A stretch of 47,454 bases of DNA from an uncultured Candidatus Sumerlaeota bacterium (GTDB lineage Bacteria > Sumerlaeota > Sumerlaeia > Sumerlaeales > Sumerlaeaceae): positions 1-47,454 of the forward strand of contig CAYUGQ010000002.1 of NCBI GenBank assembly GCA_964444305.1, read 5' to 3'. Positions 26,501 through 36,400 of this stretch are shown piece by piece. Below the pieces are notes generated by a model. That model was not told the origin of the DNA. It ran no database searches and worked only from the letters and a program-made list of their open reading frames with translations. Position numbers and translations under genes: made by a program. How positions within the stretch are numbered: position 1 is the first letter of the stretch; each line of letters starts with the position of its first letter.

Positions 26501-29029
26501 ATGATCGCAGGCATGGTAAGAAGCTGCTCCACCCTGGCTCTGGCTGGCCTTTTATTTCCCGCCAGCGCGGCCACACTTTTGGTGCCGGACCAATACCCAA
26601 GCATCCTGGATGCTCTAACTGTGGCGGTACCGGGAGACGTTATAGAACTGACACAGAACCTCTCCCCTTACACCGGCAATCACCATATCACAATTGATAA
26701 CCTGACGATACAGGGGGCGCCCGCGCTGGATCCGCCTCCTCAGATTATTGGTCAGTCTTCCGCTCATCCTCGTGCTGGCGAAGGGCCCCAGCCTTGGTTC
26801 TGGACGACGGGTTCAGCCAGTGCTGCAAATCCCGTGTATGACACTCATGGGGCTGCAATCATCAATGACGCCGACGGGCTTGTTTTGAGAAATTTGTCCA
26901 TAGCGTCCGATCCGGTTAATTCGATTCCCGGGAACACTACTGCTGGCGCAGTCGACTTTCGATTCGGCACGAATGGCTTGATCGAAAATTGTATTATCAC
27001 AGGTTACGGACCCGGGCCTTTCGGGTCAGAGCGTCCTCTAATTACAGCCAACAGTCACGTTCTGGACGGCGTAAGCTTTGAAGGTGGCGTAATGGCTTTC
27101 GAGCATATGGGCGGTGGTGAGTTAGTAGTTCGCGACTCCACCTTGCGGGTTGTGCAACACCTGCTGTTCCATAACGGCGGCACGTTGACGATGTCTAATA
27201 CTCACCTCGAAACCACAAATAACGCCAATGCCAATTATGGATGCGTTATCGGCAATCAGTATGGGCCAAATATCGCCAGCTTTGACAATTGCGTGTTCCG
27301 CAAGACGGGCAATATGCTCAACTGCGCCTTTACCCAACTGCGGCAGCACGATCGCTCCGCTACTCACGGGATTGATGACTTTAACTCAGGCCGGTATAGT
27401 CCGCATCCGTTGGAGGTTAGTTACAATCAATGCGATTTCATTGGCGGACCCGCCAACCAGATCAGCCGTGTGGTCTTCTTAGCCACTGGTCGTGTGGGGT
27501 GGGTGGTCAAAAAGCTAACCTTTACGGGGTGCAACTTTTTTAATATCCACGGCTCCCCTTTCGCGACTAACGACTTTGCTTATCCCGGCAACCAGTATAT
27601 GGCTGATGCCGGTCCGGTTGAGCGATTTGAAGATTACAACGTCTATAAGCTTTGCCAAAACACAGCGCCTATCGCTGGAATCGAAAGTGGCGGAAATAGT
27701 ATTACCCTCAATCAGGGAGAACCGCTTTACGTTGATCCCGATTCCGCTGACTTCAGCCTGGCGGCTAATTCGCCGGCCGCCACGTTAAACCCAGCGCCTG
27801 GTCGTTCATTTACAGGAGCTATCGGAGTTTCAACAACGAATGTTCCGCAGAACAAAATCACGGTGGGCCATACTGGGGCTGATTTCTCAACGATTAACGA
27901 GGCAATTGCTGCAGCTACTCCAGGTACACTCATCGAGATAACGGACAATTCCGCCCCTTATAGCGAGTCCCTCTTGTTTCCTGCTGTTTCTAATGCGATT
28001 ACCTTACAGGGAAGCCCCAGCCTCTCCCCTGCCCCGGTAATTGCTCCCTCGGCCGGATCAGAATTCGCCATTCGGCTTGCGACCTCTACCTCGCGCAATC
28101 ACACCCTGCGAAACCTTGTTGTGGATGGTCAGCGGGGCATAGATACCGGAGAGAAAATGACGGTGGATCTCCGCGACGCCGGTGAAACTGTGCTCGATAA
28201 TCTCCGCATACTGGGAGACGCTGATGTTAGCTGGTGTCTTTTCACGCAGAACTCTCGACTTATCTCAAATACGGAAGTTACATATTATGGTAATCACAGG
28301 GCCATCCAGCAAAACGTTTCTGGTATCGTCCTCCTGCGAAACATAAACGTAATCAGCCAATCTGAGGCAGCCAGGCTGGAAGGCGGTATGTATCTTATGA
28401 AGGACTGTGTGCTAAGAGCTGGAACTAATACGGTACAAATTGGGTTTGCAGCTCGAAGCTCTTACCTGGATGCAACGAATACGGTCTTTACGACAAATGC
28501 CTCCACAGACAACACTATCATAACTGCGCTGCACGTCCCAACGGGCCGACGGACGATTGTACTCGATAACTGCGACCTTATTGGAAGTGCTGCGGAAGTA
28601 GCGCCAGGAATTTCCGCAACGAGTCGGGGCATTCATGTCCATAACGGAACGGAAGGAAACCCTCTTACTTTCATGAACATCACAGACACCATCTTTCACC
28701 GCATTGGCAGCCATGCTATAGACTTCGATGGGAATTTGGCAGCCAGTATAATTCCCGGGCTTACATATGAGCCAACTACGGACGGCGTAGGAAACTTTAA
28801 TGTTTATCACAACGTTCCCAATACGCTGCTTTTACAGGGAATTCCCGGTGAAGCAGATGTCCTGGAGTTTCCAGACGGCGTTCCTCTTTATGCAAATCTA
28901 AACGCGGACGAGTATTACCTGGTGGAGACCTCCCCTGCGGCAACTTTCAATTCGACGGGAGAACCGCCGCATGCTGGTGCGTGGGGAATTCAGCCAACGT
29001 CTAACGTAACGGATTGGGCAATCTACTAA
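26501..29029 (+). CDS. secreted right-handed parallel beta-helix repeat protein, two tandem modules
   Basis: ATG 26501 gives the signal peptide MIAGMVRSCSTLALAGLLFPASA; the track ORF starts at 26411. DUF1565/pectate-lyase-like module heads are SILDALTVAVPGDVIELT and TINEAIAAATPGTLIEIT. Module tails are PLYVDPDSADFSLAANSPAA and PLYANLNADEYYLVETSPAA. Confidence 0.7.
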   Translation: MIAGMVRSCSTLALAGLLFPASAATLLVPDQYPSILDALTVAVPGDVIELTQNLSPYTGNHHITIDNLTIQGAPALDPPPQIIGQSSAHPRAGEGPQPWFWTTGSASAANPVYDTHGAAIINDADGLVLRNLSIASDPVNSIPGNTTAGAVDFRFGTNGLIENCIITGYGPGPFGSERPLITANSHVLDGVSFEGGVMAFEHMGGGELVVRDSTLRVVQHLLFHNGGTLTMSNTHLETTNNANANYGCVIGNQYGPNIASFDNCVFRKTGNMLNCAFTQLRQHDRSATHGIDDFNSGRYSPHPLEVSYNQCDFIGGPANQISRVVFLATGRVGWVVKKLTFTGCNFFNIHGSPFATNDFAYPGNQYMADAGPVERFEDYNVYKLCQNTAPIAGIESGGNSITLNQGEPLYVDPDSADFSLAANSPAATLNPAPGRSFTGAIGVSTTNVPQNKITVGHTGADFSTINEAIAAATPGTLIEITDNSAPYSESLLFPAVSNAITLQGSPSLSPAPVIAPSAGSEFAIRLATSTSRNHTLRNLVVDGQRGIDTGEKMTVDLRDAGETVLDNLRILGDADVSWCLFTQNSRLISNTEVTYYGNHRAIQQNVSGIVLLRNINVISQSEAARLEGGMYLMKDCVLRAGTNTVQIGFAARSSYLDATNTVFTTNASTDNTIITALHVPTGRRTIVLDNCDLIGSAAEVAPGISATSRGIHVHNGTEGNPLTFMNITDTIFHRIGSHAIDFDGNLAASIIPGLTYEPTTDGVGNFNVYHNVPNTLLLQGIPGEADVLEFPDGVPLYANLNADEYYLVETSPAATFNSTGEPPHAGAWGIQPTSNVTDWAIY

Positions 29030-29089
29030 GATTTGCTAGGCAGATGTCTGCCGCCTGAACTGAGAAACTCTAACAGAAGTGAGTAGCGA

Positions 29090-29105
29090 CGGCACGGGAT
29101 ATGCT
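29090..29105 (+). promoter_or_regulatory. candidate sigma-54 (-24/-12) promoter upstream of the small lipoprotein gene
   Basis: CGGCACG-GGAT-ATGCT. GG at 29091-29092 and GC at 29103-29104 have canonical spacing, with 10/12 consensus positions. It lies 45 nt before ATG 29151, and a CAGGAG Shine-Dalgarno sits at 29138-29143. Confidence 0.45.
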
Positions 29106-29150
29106 GAACTCCAATGGGTATAAAACCACCCCACTTTCAGGAGATTTTTC

Positions 29151-29426
29151 ATGAGATATATTGCTTTAATCGCAGCAGTTGCTGGTTCCTTGGCCTTAGC
29201 TGGCTGCGGTCCAGATTCTGCAACTGATGACAACATTGGCACGACGGACATGCCAGCCGAGTCATCAACAACAACTCCGATACCGCCCGATGATGCAGGG
29301 ATGTCAACTGATCCTGCTGGAGCAGGCACTGGCACCGGTTTGGATGCGACAGGGACTGATGCCACTGGCACAGACGCTGCAGCTCCGGGAGCGGCTGGCA
29401 CGGGAACCGGCACCACTGCACCTTAA
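29151..29426 (+). CDS. small low-complexity lipoprotein
   Basis: 91 aa. Signal peptide with lipobox LALAGC. The mature part is acidic and T/G/D/A/P-rich with GTGTG/ATGTD repeats. It has a good Shine-Dalgarno and its own terminator. Confidence 0.65.
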   Translation: MRYIALIAAVAGSLALAGCGPDSATDDNIGTTDMPAESSTTTPIPPDDAGMSTDPAGAGTGTGLDATGTDATGTDAAAPGAAGTGTGTTAP

Positions 29427-29449
29427 CATAGAATACGACTAAATGCCAT

Positions 29450-29482
29450 CAGCCCGGAGTTCTCCTCGGGCTGGTGGTTTTT
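29450..29482 (+). terminator. rho-independent terminator after the lipoprotein gene
   Basis: GC-rich stem CAGCCCG...CGGGCTG (extendable with a bulge) around a short loop, followed by GTGGTTTTT. Confidence 0.6.
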
Positions 29483-29545
29483 AGTTACCTCTACTGAATT
29501 GTCATAGTGGTACGTTACTCAGCGGGTCCAGAGCCGGGTCTGTCG

Positions 29546-30994
29546 TCAGGCTTCGATCAACTCAGCATCTGCATCCTGTTCACCACCTATTCCGAATTTT
29601 TCCAGGCGATAGCGAAGTGTGGCCCTGCTCAGGCCAAGCATTTTCGCGGCCCGGCTCTTATTTCCGCCACTGCGCTCCAATGCCTGCAAGAGAAGCTGTT
29701 TTTCATGAGCTTCCAGATTAAAGCCATTAGCGGGTATAACAAAGCGGCTGGAGTCACTGACCGCTCCCCTATTGGATGGTGCCTGCCGGTCGCCGTCCAG
29801 ACCAGTGGCAAAAGGCCCACCCCCTGTTACAAATGCCAAATCGTGGGCCCGGAGCACCTCTCCCTGAAGCAGGATGACTGCTCGCTCAATAGTATTTTGC
29901 AGTTCGCGCACATTACCTAACCACTCCCCTTGCATCAGCAGAGCCTCGGCGCTTTTCTCCAACTCAATGGGCTTGCGACCCATCTCGACGCAGAATTTTT
30001 TGATAAAAAACCGGGCTAGAGGAACAACATCTTCTAGACGTTCACGGAGGGGCGGAAGATGGATCGGAAATACGTTGATGCGAAAAAACAGATCCTCCCG
30101 AAATGAACCCAGGCGAACCGATTCACGCAGGTCTTTGTTGGTAGCCGCAATAAACCGAACATTGGTTTTAATAGTCCGGTTCCCACCGACCCGTTGAAAC
30201 TCTTGCTGTTCAATAGCGCGTAGAAGTTTGGCTTGGATAGCCATATTCATTTCACCGATTTCATCCAGGAACAGTGACCCGCCATCGGCCTGTTCGAACT
30301 TACCTGTTTTCCGTTCCGTTGCACCCGTAAAAGATCCTTTTTCGTGCCCAAACAATTCACTTTCCAAAAGATTATCAGGAATTGCAGCGCAATTAATAGC
30401 CACGAATGGAGCGTGACGACGAGGGCTGCTGTCGTGGATGGCCCGGGTTACCAATTCTTTTCCGGTACCACTCTCGCCATAAACGAGCACGTTGGCATTG
30501 CTGGCGGCCACGGCACGAACGCATTCCAAAATGCGCTTCATTGCCGGCGATTCTGCAACCATCCGGCCAATGTTAAGCTTTTCAGCAACCTGCGCTCGAA
30601 GATTTATATTTTCGTCCATGATACGGCCAATATTGAGGGCGCGTTCCACTGAAACATTTAATTTCTTTTCTTCAAAAGGCTTGGTTACATAGTCAATGGC
30701 ACCGGCCTGCATGGCCTCTACCGCGTTTTCGATCGATCCAAAAGCCGTTATCACAACGACCGGTGTCGTCGGAGAGAGTTCCTTAATTTTCCGCAGCAGA
30801 GACAGCCCGTCCAGACGAGGCATCCGCAGATCAGTGATTACCGCATCAAAACTTCCCTGCTGAAAAAGGTCCCATGCCTCTGCGCCATCGGCAGCAAGTG
30901 TCAGGTCATATCCTTGTGTACTCAGCAGCATTTGGAGCAAGCGCCGCAAACGCTCTTCGTCTTCAGCTATCAGGAGGCGAGCTGTGTACGTCAT
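29546..30994 (-). CDS. sigma-54-dependent response regulator (NtrC family enhancer-binding protein)
   Basis: 482 aa. Receiver domain (LLIAEDE...[14 protein letters not shown]), an AAA+ domain with [23 protein letters not shown] (GAFTGA-type loop) and LFLDEIGEM, and a C-terminal Fis-type HTH ([16 protein letters not shown]). Confidence 0.95.
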   Translation of the reverse strand: MTYTARLLIAEDEERLRRLLQMLLSTQGYDLTLAADGAEAWDLFQQGSFDAVITDLRMPRLDGLSLLRKIKELSPTTPVVVITAFGSIENAVEAMQAGAIDYVTKPFEEKKLNVSVERALNIGRIMDENINLRAQVAEKLNIGRMVAESPAMKRILECVRAVAASNANVLVYGESGTGKELVTRAIHDSSPRRHAPFVAINCAAIPDNLLESELFGHEKGSFTGATERKTGKFEQADGGSLFLDEIGEMNMAIQAKLLRAIEQQEFQRVGGNRTIKTNVRFIAATNKDLRESVRLGSFREDLFFRINVFPIHLPPLRERLEDVVPLARFFIKKFCVEMGRKPIELEKSAEALLMQGEWLGNVRELQNTIERAVILLQGEVLRAHDLAFVTGGGPFATGLDGDRQAPSNRGAVSDSSRFVIPANGFNLEAHEKQLLLQALERSGGNKSRAAKMLGLSRATLRYRLEKFGIGGEQDADAELIEA

Positions 30995-32529
30995 TCTATT
31001 TCCTCCGTAATTGGCAGCAAGATTTCTATGGTCAAACCCGGCCTGCCGTCGTTTTGCCGAGCTGATATTTTTCCCCTATGGCTGGTTATGATTTGGTGCA
31101 CAATCGATAATCCGAGACCTGTGCCATTGGGTTTTGTCGTAAAAAATGGATCAAACATCTTTTCGATCTGATCCGAATCCAAGCCCTCTCCATTGTCGAT
31201 AAACCTAATCCGGATCCATTCGTCCACCTGCTCCGCCGTGATGGACAGTACGCCGCCGCGAGAACTGGCATCCTGAGCGTTGATGATAAGATTTAAGAAA
31301 ACCTGGTGCAGGAGATCCGGATCTGCCATGGTTTCTGGCAGGTGAGAACACATGGGAGGCTGAACATGAAAGCTCTGGTTGGCCATACCGCCGGCCTCTT
31401 GGTAATGAAAAGCCACTTTTCGCAGCAACGTACCAACATCAACCGCCTCTCGCATGAGAGGCTTTGGCTTTGCGAAGGCCAAAAAGTATTTCATCCGTTC
31501 GTCAAGCCGGCGGACTTCATCTTTAATAAAGCTGGCGGCTTCACGCCGGTGCTCTTCCGGCCGACTTTCGTTCAGTACAATCTCAACGCTGGACATGAGA
31601 ATGCCGAGAGGGTTTTTAATTTCATGGGCGATGCCGCTTACCAGTGAACCCAGCATAACCAGGTTGCGGTTCTGAACAACCTGGTCTTCCAACCGCTTTC
31701 GCTCATCGATATCACGAATAATTCCCACGATAAACTCAACTTCACCGGCCGTATTGCGGATGGGACTGTAGTTTGTTTCCACGAACCGCTCTTTGCCGTT
31801 CACCATAGTAATCAGCATTTCGTGAGGTTTCGGCATGCTGTCTTTATGGAAGAAGACTTTTGCAGGACACAGGCTTCCGCTTCCCAGGCTTTCACCTTCG
31901 TCATTGTGACAGCGAAGCACATTTGCACACTCATAGGTCTGCATAACCGCCTGATCCCGGCGCCACCCGGTAATCCGTTCGCAGGCCTTGTTAAAATAAA
32001 CAATGTGATTGGTGCGGTTGACGATAAAAATACCATCGGTGGTGGAATCCAAAACGAATTCCAGCCGACGCATCACTGCTTCGAAATCGGGGTCAGATAT
32101 CGTTACGGCAAACAGCGCTTGGACGCCACCGCATTCGCAATCGTCATCAAAGTTTAACGCAGCAATTCGCAGATGCGTTTGCTTCAACCCGGCATTAAGA
32201 ACTACAGTCGCAGGATCAGAATCCCGGTCCATCGCCAGCGCAGCAAATGCCTCGGCCATGTCTTCCGGGTTGGCACCGGGAAATGCCTGCGAAATAAAGG
32301 TCGGAAGGTCGGCCTGATCCGTTAGATCATAGGCCGAATATCGTACGCGAGCTTCCGTGTTTGCATAAAGTATTTTCATGCATCCGGCAGAAACCAGCAG
32401 CGTAGGGTCAGTCAAACCCTCAATAAATTTCCTAAGAGATCGGATAACCTGGGTGTCGTGTGCCTGGCTATTAGCCGATGTCTGGGCGGCAGTTGTGCTT
32501 TGAGATTCCATTTGAGGATGGTTACGCAC
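30991..32529 (-). CDS. soluble PAS-domain sensor histidine kinase
   Basis: 512 aa with no TM segment. PAS region (TDGIFIVNRTNHIVYFNKACERITGW), H-box SGIAHEIKNPL, N box, and G boxes DNGEG and GTGLGLS. The start is GTG 32529 (alternative ATG at 32511). It overlaps the response-regulator gene by 4 nt. Confidence 0.9.
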   Translation of the reverse strand: MRNHPQMESQSTTAAQTSANSQAHDTQVIRSLRKFIEGLTDPTLLVSAGCMKILYANTEARVRYSAYDLTDQADLPTFISQAFPGANPEDMAEAFAALAMDRDSDPATVVLNAGLKQTHLRIAALNFDDDCECGGVQALFAVTISDPDFEAVMRRLEFVLDSTTDGIFIVNRTNHIVYFNKACERITGWRRDQAVMQTYECANVLRCHNDEGESLGSGSLCPAKVFFHKDSMPKPHEMLITMVNGKERFVETNYSPIRNTAGEVEFIVGIIRDIDERKRLEDQVVQNRNLVMLGSLVSGIAHEIKNPLGILMSSVEIVLNESRPEEHRREAASFIKDEVRRLDERMKYFLAFAKPKPLMREAVDVGTLLRKVAFHYQEAGGMANQSFHVQPPMCSHLPETMADPDLLHQVFLNLIINAQDASSRGGVLSITAEQVDEWIRIRFIDNGEGLDSDQIEKMFDPFFTTKPNGTGLGLSIVHQIITSHRGKISARQNDGRPGLTIEILLPITEEIE

Positions 32530-32592
32530 TCAAACCGGCTTAATTCAGCCAGTCGCATTAAGGATGTGTTTCTATTTGAAACACCTGTTTTA

Positions 32593-33393
32593 CTAAAGAG
32601 CAAGGACATCCTGCATGGAGTACAGCCCTGCAGGTTTCGAGATTACCCACTTTGCAGCCGTCAATGCTCCGACGGCGAAAGCTTCGCGGCCACTTGCTTT
32701 ATGGGTGATCTCAATTCGCTCTCCGGTTCCTGCATACAAAACAGTGTGATCGCCCACAACGTCTCCGCCGCGAATCGCATGAATGCCTATTTCTGCCTGC
32801 GAGCGCTCCCCCGTCAGGCCATGTCGCCCGTGGCGGGCAGCGTCCTTAAAGTTTAGCTCACGCCCCACTGCGGCTGCTTCTGCAAAAGCAAGGGCGGTGC
32901 CGCTGGGAGCATCTTTTTTCAGCCGATGATGGGTTTCAATAACCTCAATATCATACTCACCTATTCGGCGAGCTAGGTCTTCCACAATGCTCAAAAGGAC
33001 ATTAACGCCCAGACTCATATTGGCAGACAGTACGATCGGTATATTCCGGGCAGTATCACTGATTTCGTTTTTCTGCTCGTCAGAAAAACCAGTCGTACCA
33101 ATTACAACCGGAAGGCCAAGCTTAGCTGCTTCCTGCAGCCGCATAATTGTGGCGGCGGGGGTCGTGAAATCTATTAAGACAGCCCGGGAAGGGCTTGTTT
33201 CTCCAAGCAAATCAGACAGTGAGGCGCGAGTTCTGACGGAAATACTCCCCTCTCGTGATGCAGGTGCATTGCTCTTTGATGACAATAGACCTCCAGCAAG
33301 TTCCAGGGCCGGGTCGCCTTTAACCAGACGGCACAAAGCTTGACCCATTCGCCCATAGGGGCCACTGATGATTATCGGTAGCTGATCTTCCAT
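32593..33393 (-). CDS. dapB: 4-hydroxy-tetrahydrodipicolinate reductase
   Basis: 266 aa. Motifs GPYGRMGQ, VIGTTG and ETHHRLKKDAPSGTA. It starts 8 nt after the stop of the upstream 1015-aa gene. Confidence 0.95.
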   Translation of the reverse strand: MEDQLPIIISGPYGRMGQALCRLVKGDPALELAGGLLSSKSNAPASREGSISVRTRASLSDLLGETSPSRAVLIDFTTPAATIMRLQEAAKLGLPVVIGTTGFSDEQKNEISDTARNIPIVLSANMSLGVNVLLSIVEDLARRIGEYDIEVIETHHRLKKDAPSGTALAFAEAAAVGRELNFKDAARHGRHGLTGERSQAEIGIHAIRGGDVVGDHTVLYAGTGERIEITHKASGREAFAVGALTAAKWVISKPAGLYSMQDVLAL

Positions 33394-33401
33394 TTGGCCT
33401 C

Positions 33402-36400
33402 TTATTGATTGACCACGGTGCTTGTGGTAATGGTGGCAGATCCAGTCGTCTGTTGATCAACCGTGGAGGTAGTAATAGATGTGGAAGCGGTAGTGGATAA
33501 ATCCTGCCCCTGCGACAGCGTTGTTGTTGAAGGAGTATCTTCCTCCGCACCACGAGGTCGTTGTCCCGGACGGGAAGGGGGCTCGGGCGCTTTAAGACCC
33601 ATGGCCACAAAAATTTGGGCTGCCAGGACTGCCTGCTGATCTCTGCCTTCGAGTTCTTCCAGAGGAAAGCCGAGAACCGCGGTACAGATGCTGCCATCTT
33701 TCAGAGTTGCCACAGCCGCTGCACCATTGTGGCGATCATAAGCAAGCACTGGCCTGCCTCCTTCACCAGGCAGTAAAACTTCAGTGGGGCGGGGGTCAAA
33801 ATATCGCAAATTCCTATCCCCAAGCTGCAATGTAACAGTAGTAAGATTGCCTTCGCCAGCCTGCATGAGCCGGGTAACGGTGGTCTGTTCCGCAAAACTA
33901 ATTCGCAGAACTTCTTCAGCGAAGTCACCCCACCGTACTAAACTCTCGGTGGAATCGTTATCGACTTCCGCCAGGCGCGCCCCGGAGATAAGTAATCGTC
34001 CGCCGGTTGTGACATAATCGTGCAAAGACGTGAGAACGTCTGTCGTTGTAAGCGATTCCGCAACAGGCCGTCTCCCCAACATGACAGCGACCCCTCGATA
34101 CCGGTTCAAATCAGTTATCGTATGCAGTTCAGAAACATCAATTGTGTCAAACCCTGCGCCGAGGGTGCGCAAGCCCGTGCCGACCGCGCGACTTTGTTCG
34201 CCATTGTTCATCAAACGCGGAACAAGTCGAGTAAAGCTTCCACCGGGACGAAGAGCCCAGCCAAGGTTGGCCTCGGCGGTCTGAGTCAGCACCATGTCAT
34301 CCTCAATGGTGCCGGCAGCATGAACGATCAAGACAGGTGCCTCGGGGGCCACCGTTACTCCCATAATATTAGACGGCTGACTTTCACCGCCGGGCGATAC
34401 TGCTGTCACTCGCACATAAAGAGGTTTTCGAAGATCCTGTTTGGAAAGTGTAAATTCGGTGACGTCTCCAACCTCCTGACCTGTCCCGAAAGCCAGACCA
34501 TCAGATGAAGTATATACCTGATATCGAATTTCGGTTGTGGGAGAAGAGAGTGGGTCCAATGCGGCCGGAGCCCACTTGACAACCACGGCCTCATTTGCTG
34601 ATTTTCCAGTCACCGACAGCAGTTTAGGCGCATGCGGAGGTGAAATCGTCTGGATTTCCTGCTCCCCCACTTCGGCCAGATAGCGAACTGTTGCCCGGTA
34701 AGCGGAAAGGGCCGACGCATAGCGTACAGAATATTGGCGAAGGAGCGCGGCATCATCAGGATTATCATGAAACGCCACTTCCAGGATCGTGGCCGACATT
34801 TCATTGTTAAGATAATCCCTGCGAATCTCTCCGAAATTAATATGTGCCAGCGTTCGCATTCCGCGCACATGCCACGGACGCAGCAGGTTCAGTCCGGCAT
34901 CGGTCATTTCTTTATTAAGCTCATCAGCCGTTAACTTAGCCAGTTCGATCTGATGATCAGGCCGAAGCTGTGCATGGCTGTTGTACAAGCCCATCACTCC
35001 CCTGCCGCCGACAGCGTTTGAGTGAAAGCTCATATACACGCGGTCAAAGAAGGAGCCTTCACTTTCACGATTCATATAAGCGGAAAATCGTGGCGCGGCA
35101 CCTACGTTATTACTTTGATCGTTTCGATCCTCAAACGCATTAAAAATGGGGGCCGCGCCGGCTGGCAAAGAACGTTCTACCCAGTAGCGCGACGCTTCTT
35201 CTTCACGGGGAAAGCTGCTGATACCACCGCCGCGATTGACATCACCCATACCATTGCCAAAGCGAATGGCATCGGCAATGACCACACGCTGCTCAACAAC
35301 TGCAGTCGCATCGCGGACCATATTGGGAACCTCCACATAACCGCTTGAGCCCTGGCGAAAGGGATAAGTGCCAAGGTAGATCCAGCCGTTGCCAATCTTA
35401 CGATGATCAATATCCACCTCTGAAACGCCACCTGCGTGAACCACGCGGTACGTTTGCAACACCCTGTCGGCCCCGGCACGGGCCCAGGCGTATACTGGAT
35501 ACTCATCTGTCACCGGCAAAACCGGACGAAACCGCGCCACGGCCGTTTCTTCTGCCGCCGCCCTTGAGAACCTGTAGGGAATTCTGGCTCCAGCAAAACC
35601 GAATGAAACTGTGGATTCAGAATCGGCCCAGGCGCCGTGAAAGGTGGCATGAGGGCTTTCGTTATCTATGATTCGCTCAACATGCTGAAAGCCAATCGGG
35701 CGAAGCGGTACAATGGTAGCCCCGGCACGGAAGCAGATGTCCGCGTAGAAGTTCATCTGATCCAGGTTTCCGAAATCTTCGACTACACCAAAAGTGTTAG
35801 GACGCTGGGTATACCATAGAGTTGTGCTGGTGCTGTCGTTCGTCCAGCCGTGACCAGCGCTGGCAAAGATGATACGACCGGTGAGCGGACCAACCGGCTG
35901 GCGAGAAAAGGGGCCCGGGCGACTCTGGCGCGTGCTTTCAAAGGGACGGCCAGCATCAACCTCGGTCGTATTACCTGGGGCCAGGTTACGATAGAATGCG
36001 AAGTTCCAGTGAGACTCACGATAATCATCGGCAATTAACGCCTCGGCCAACATCCTGTCCCGCGCTGGTGTTTCGCTGATGGCGGTTACTTCGCTGAGAG
36101 GCTGACTTGTGGTATCTTGATCAGGCCTGACCAAATCATAGTTAAATCGAACCGGTTGTGGCCTTGCTGTAACAGTCCCAGTGGTCGCAGGCGATGCTGA
36201 AGGCAGGGCTGACGTGGATTGCCCGGCGGATGATTCAGTGGACGTAGATATCGCCGTTGTATCCGAGGTGAAAGGTCCGGTGGTAATCTGGTTCGATGTG
36301 CTGGTGGAAAGGATGGCGGAAGCCGTAGTTTGGACCACTGAAGAAGTCGTCTGAGCAATCGAAGCCGTAGTTTGCTGCCCCGGAACTGATTGAGGGATGA

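Noticed and set aside
29366-29381. TGGCACA-GACG-CTGCA, a 10/12 sigma-54 consensus match with correct spacing.
   Set aside because: It lies inside the lipoprotein CDS within Gly-Thr (GGC ACx) repeats, and only the terminator follows on that strand. It is most likely a by-product of the repeat. I kept it as a caution that chance matches of this quality occur in the window.
29036-29421. 126-aa and 90-aa ORFs antisense to the small lipoprotein gene.
   Set aside because: They are products of the low-complexity GC-rich repeat DNA, which stays open in several frames. The + strand ORF has a Shine-Dalgarno, a lipobox, a promoter-like element and a terminator.
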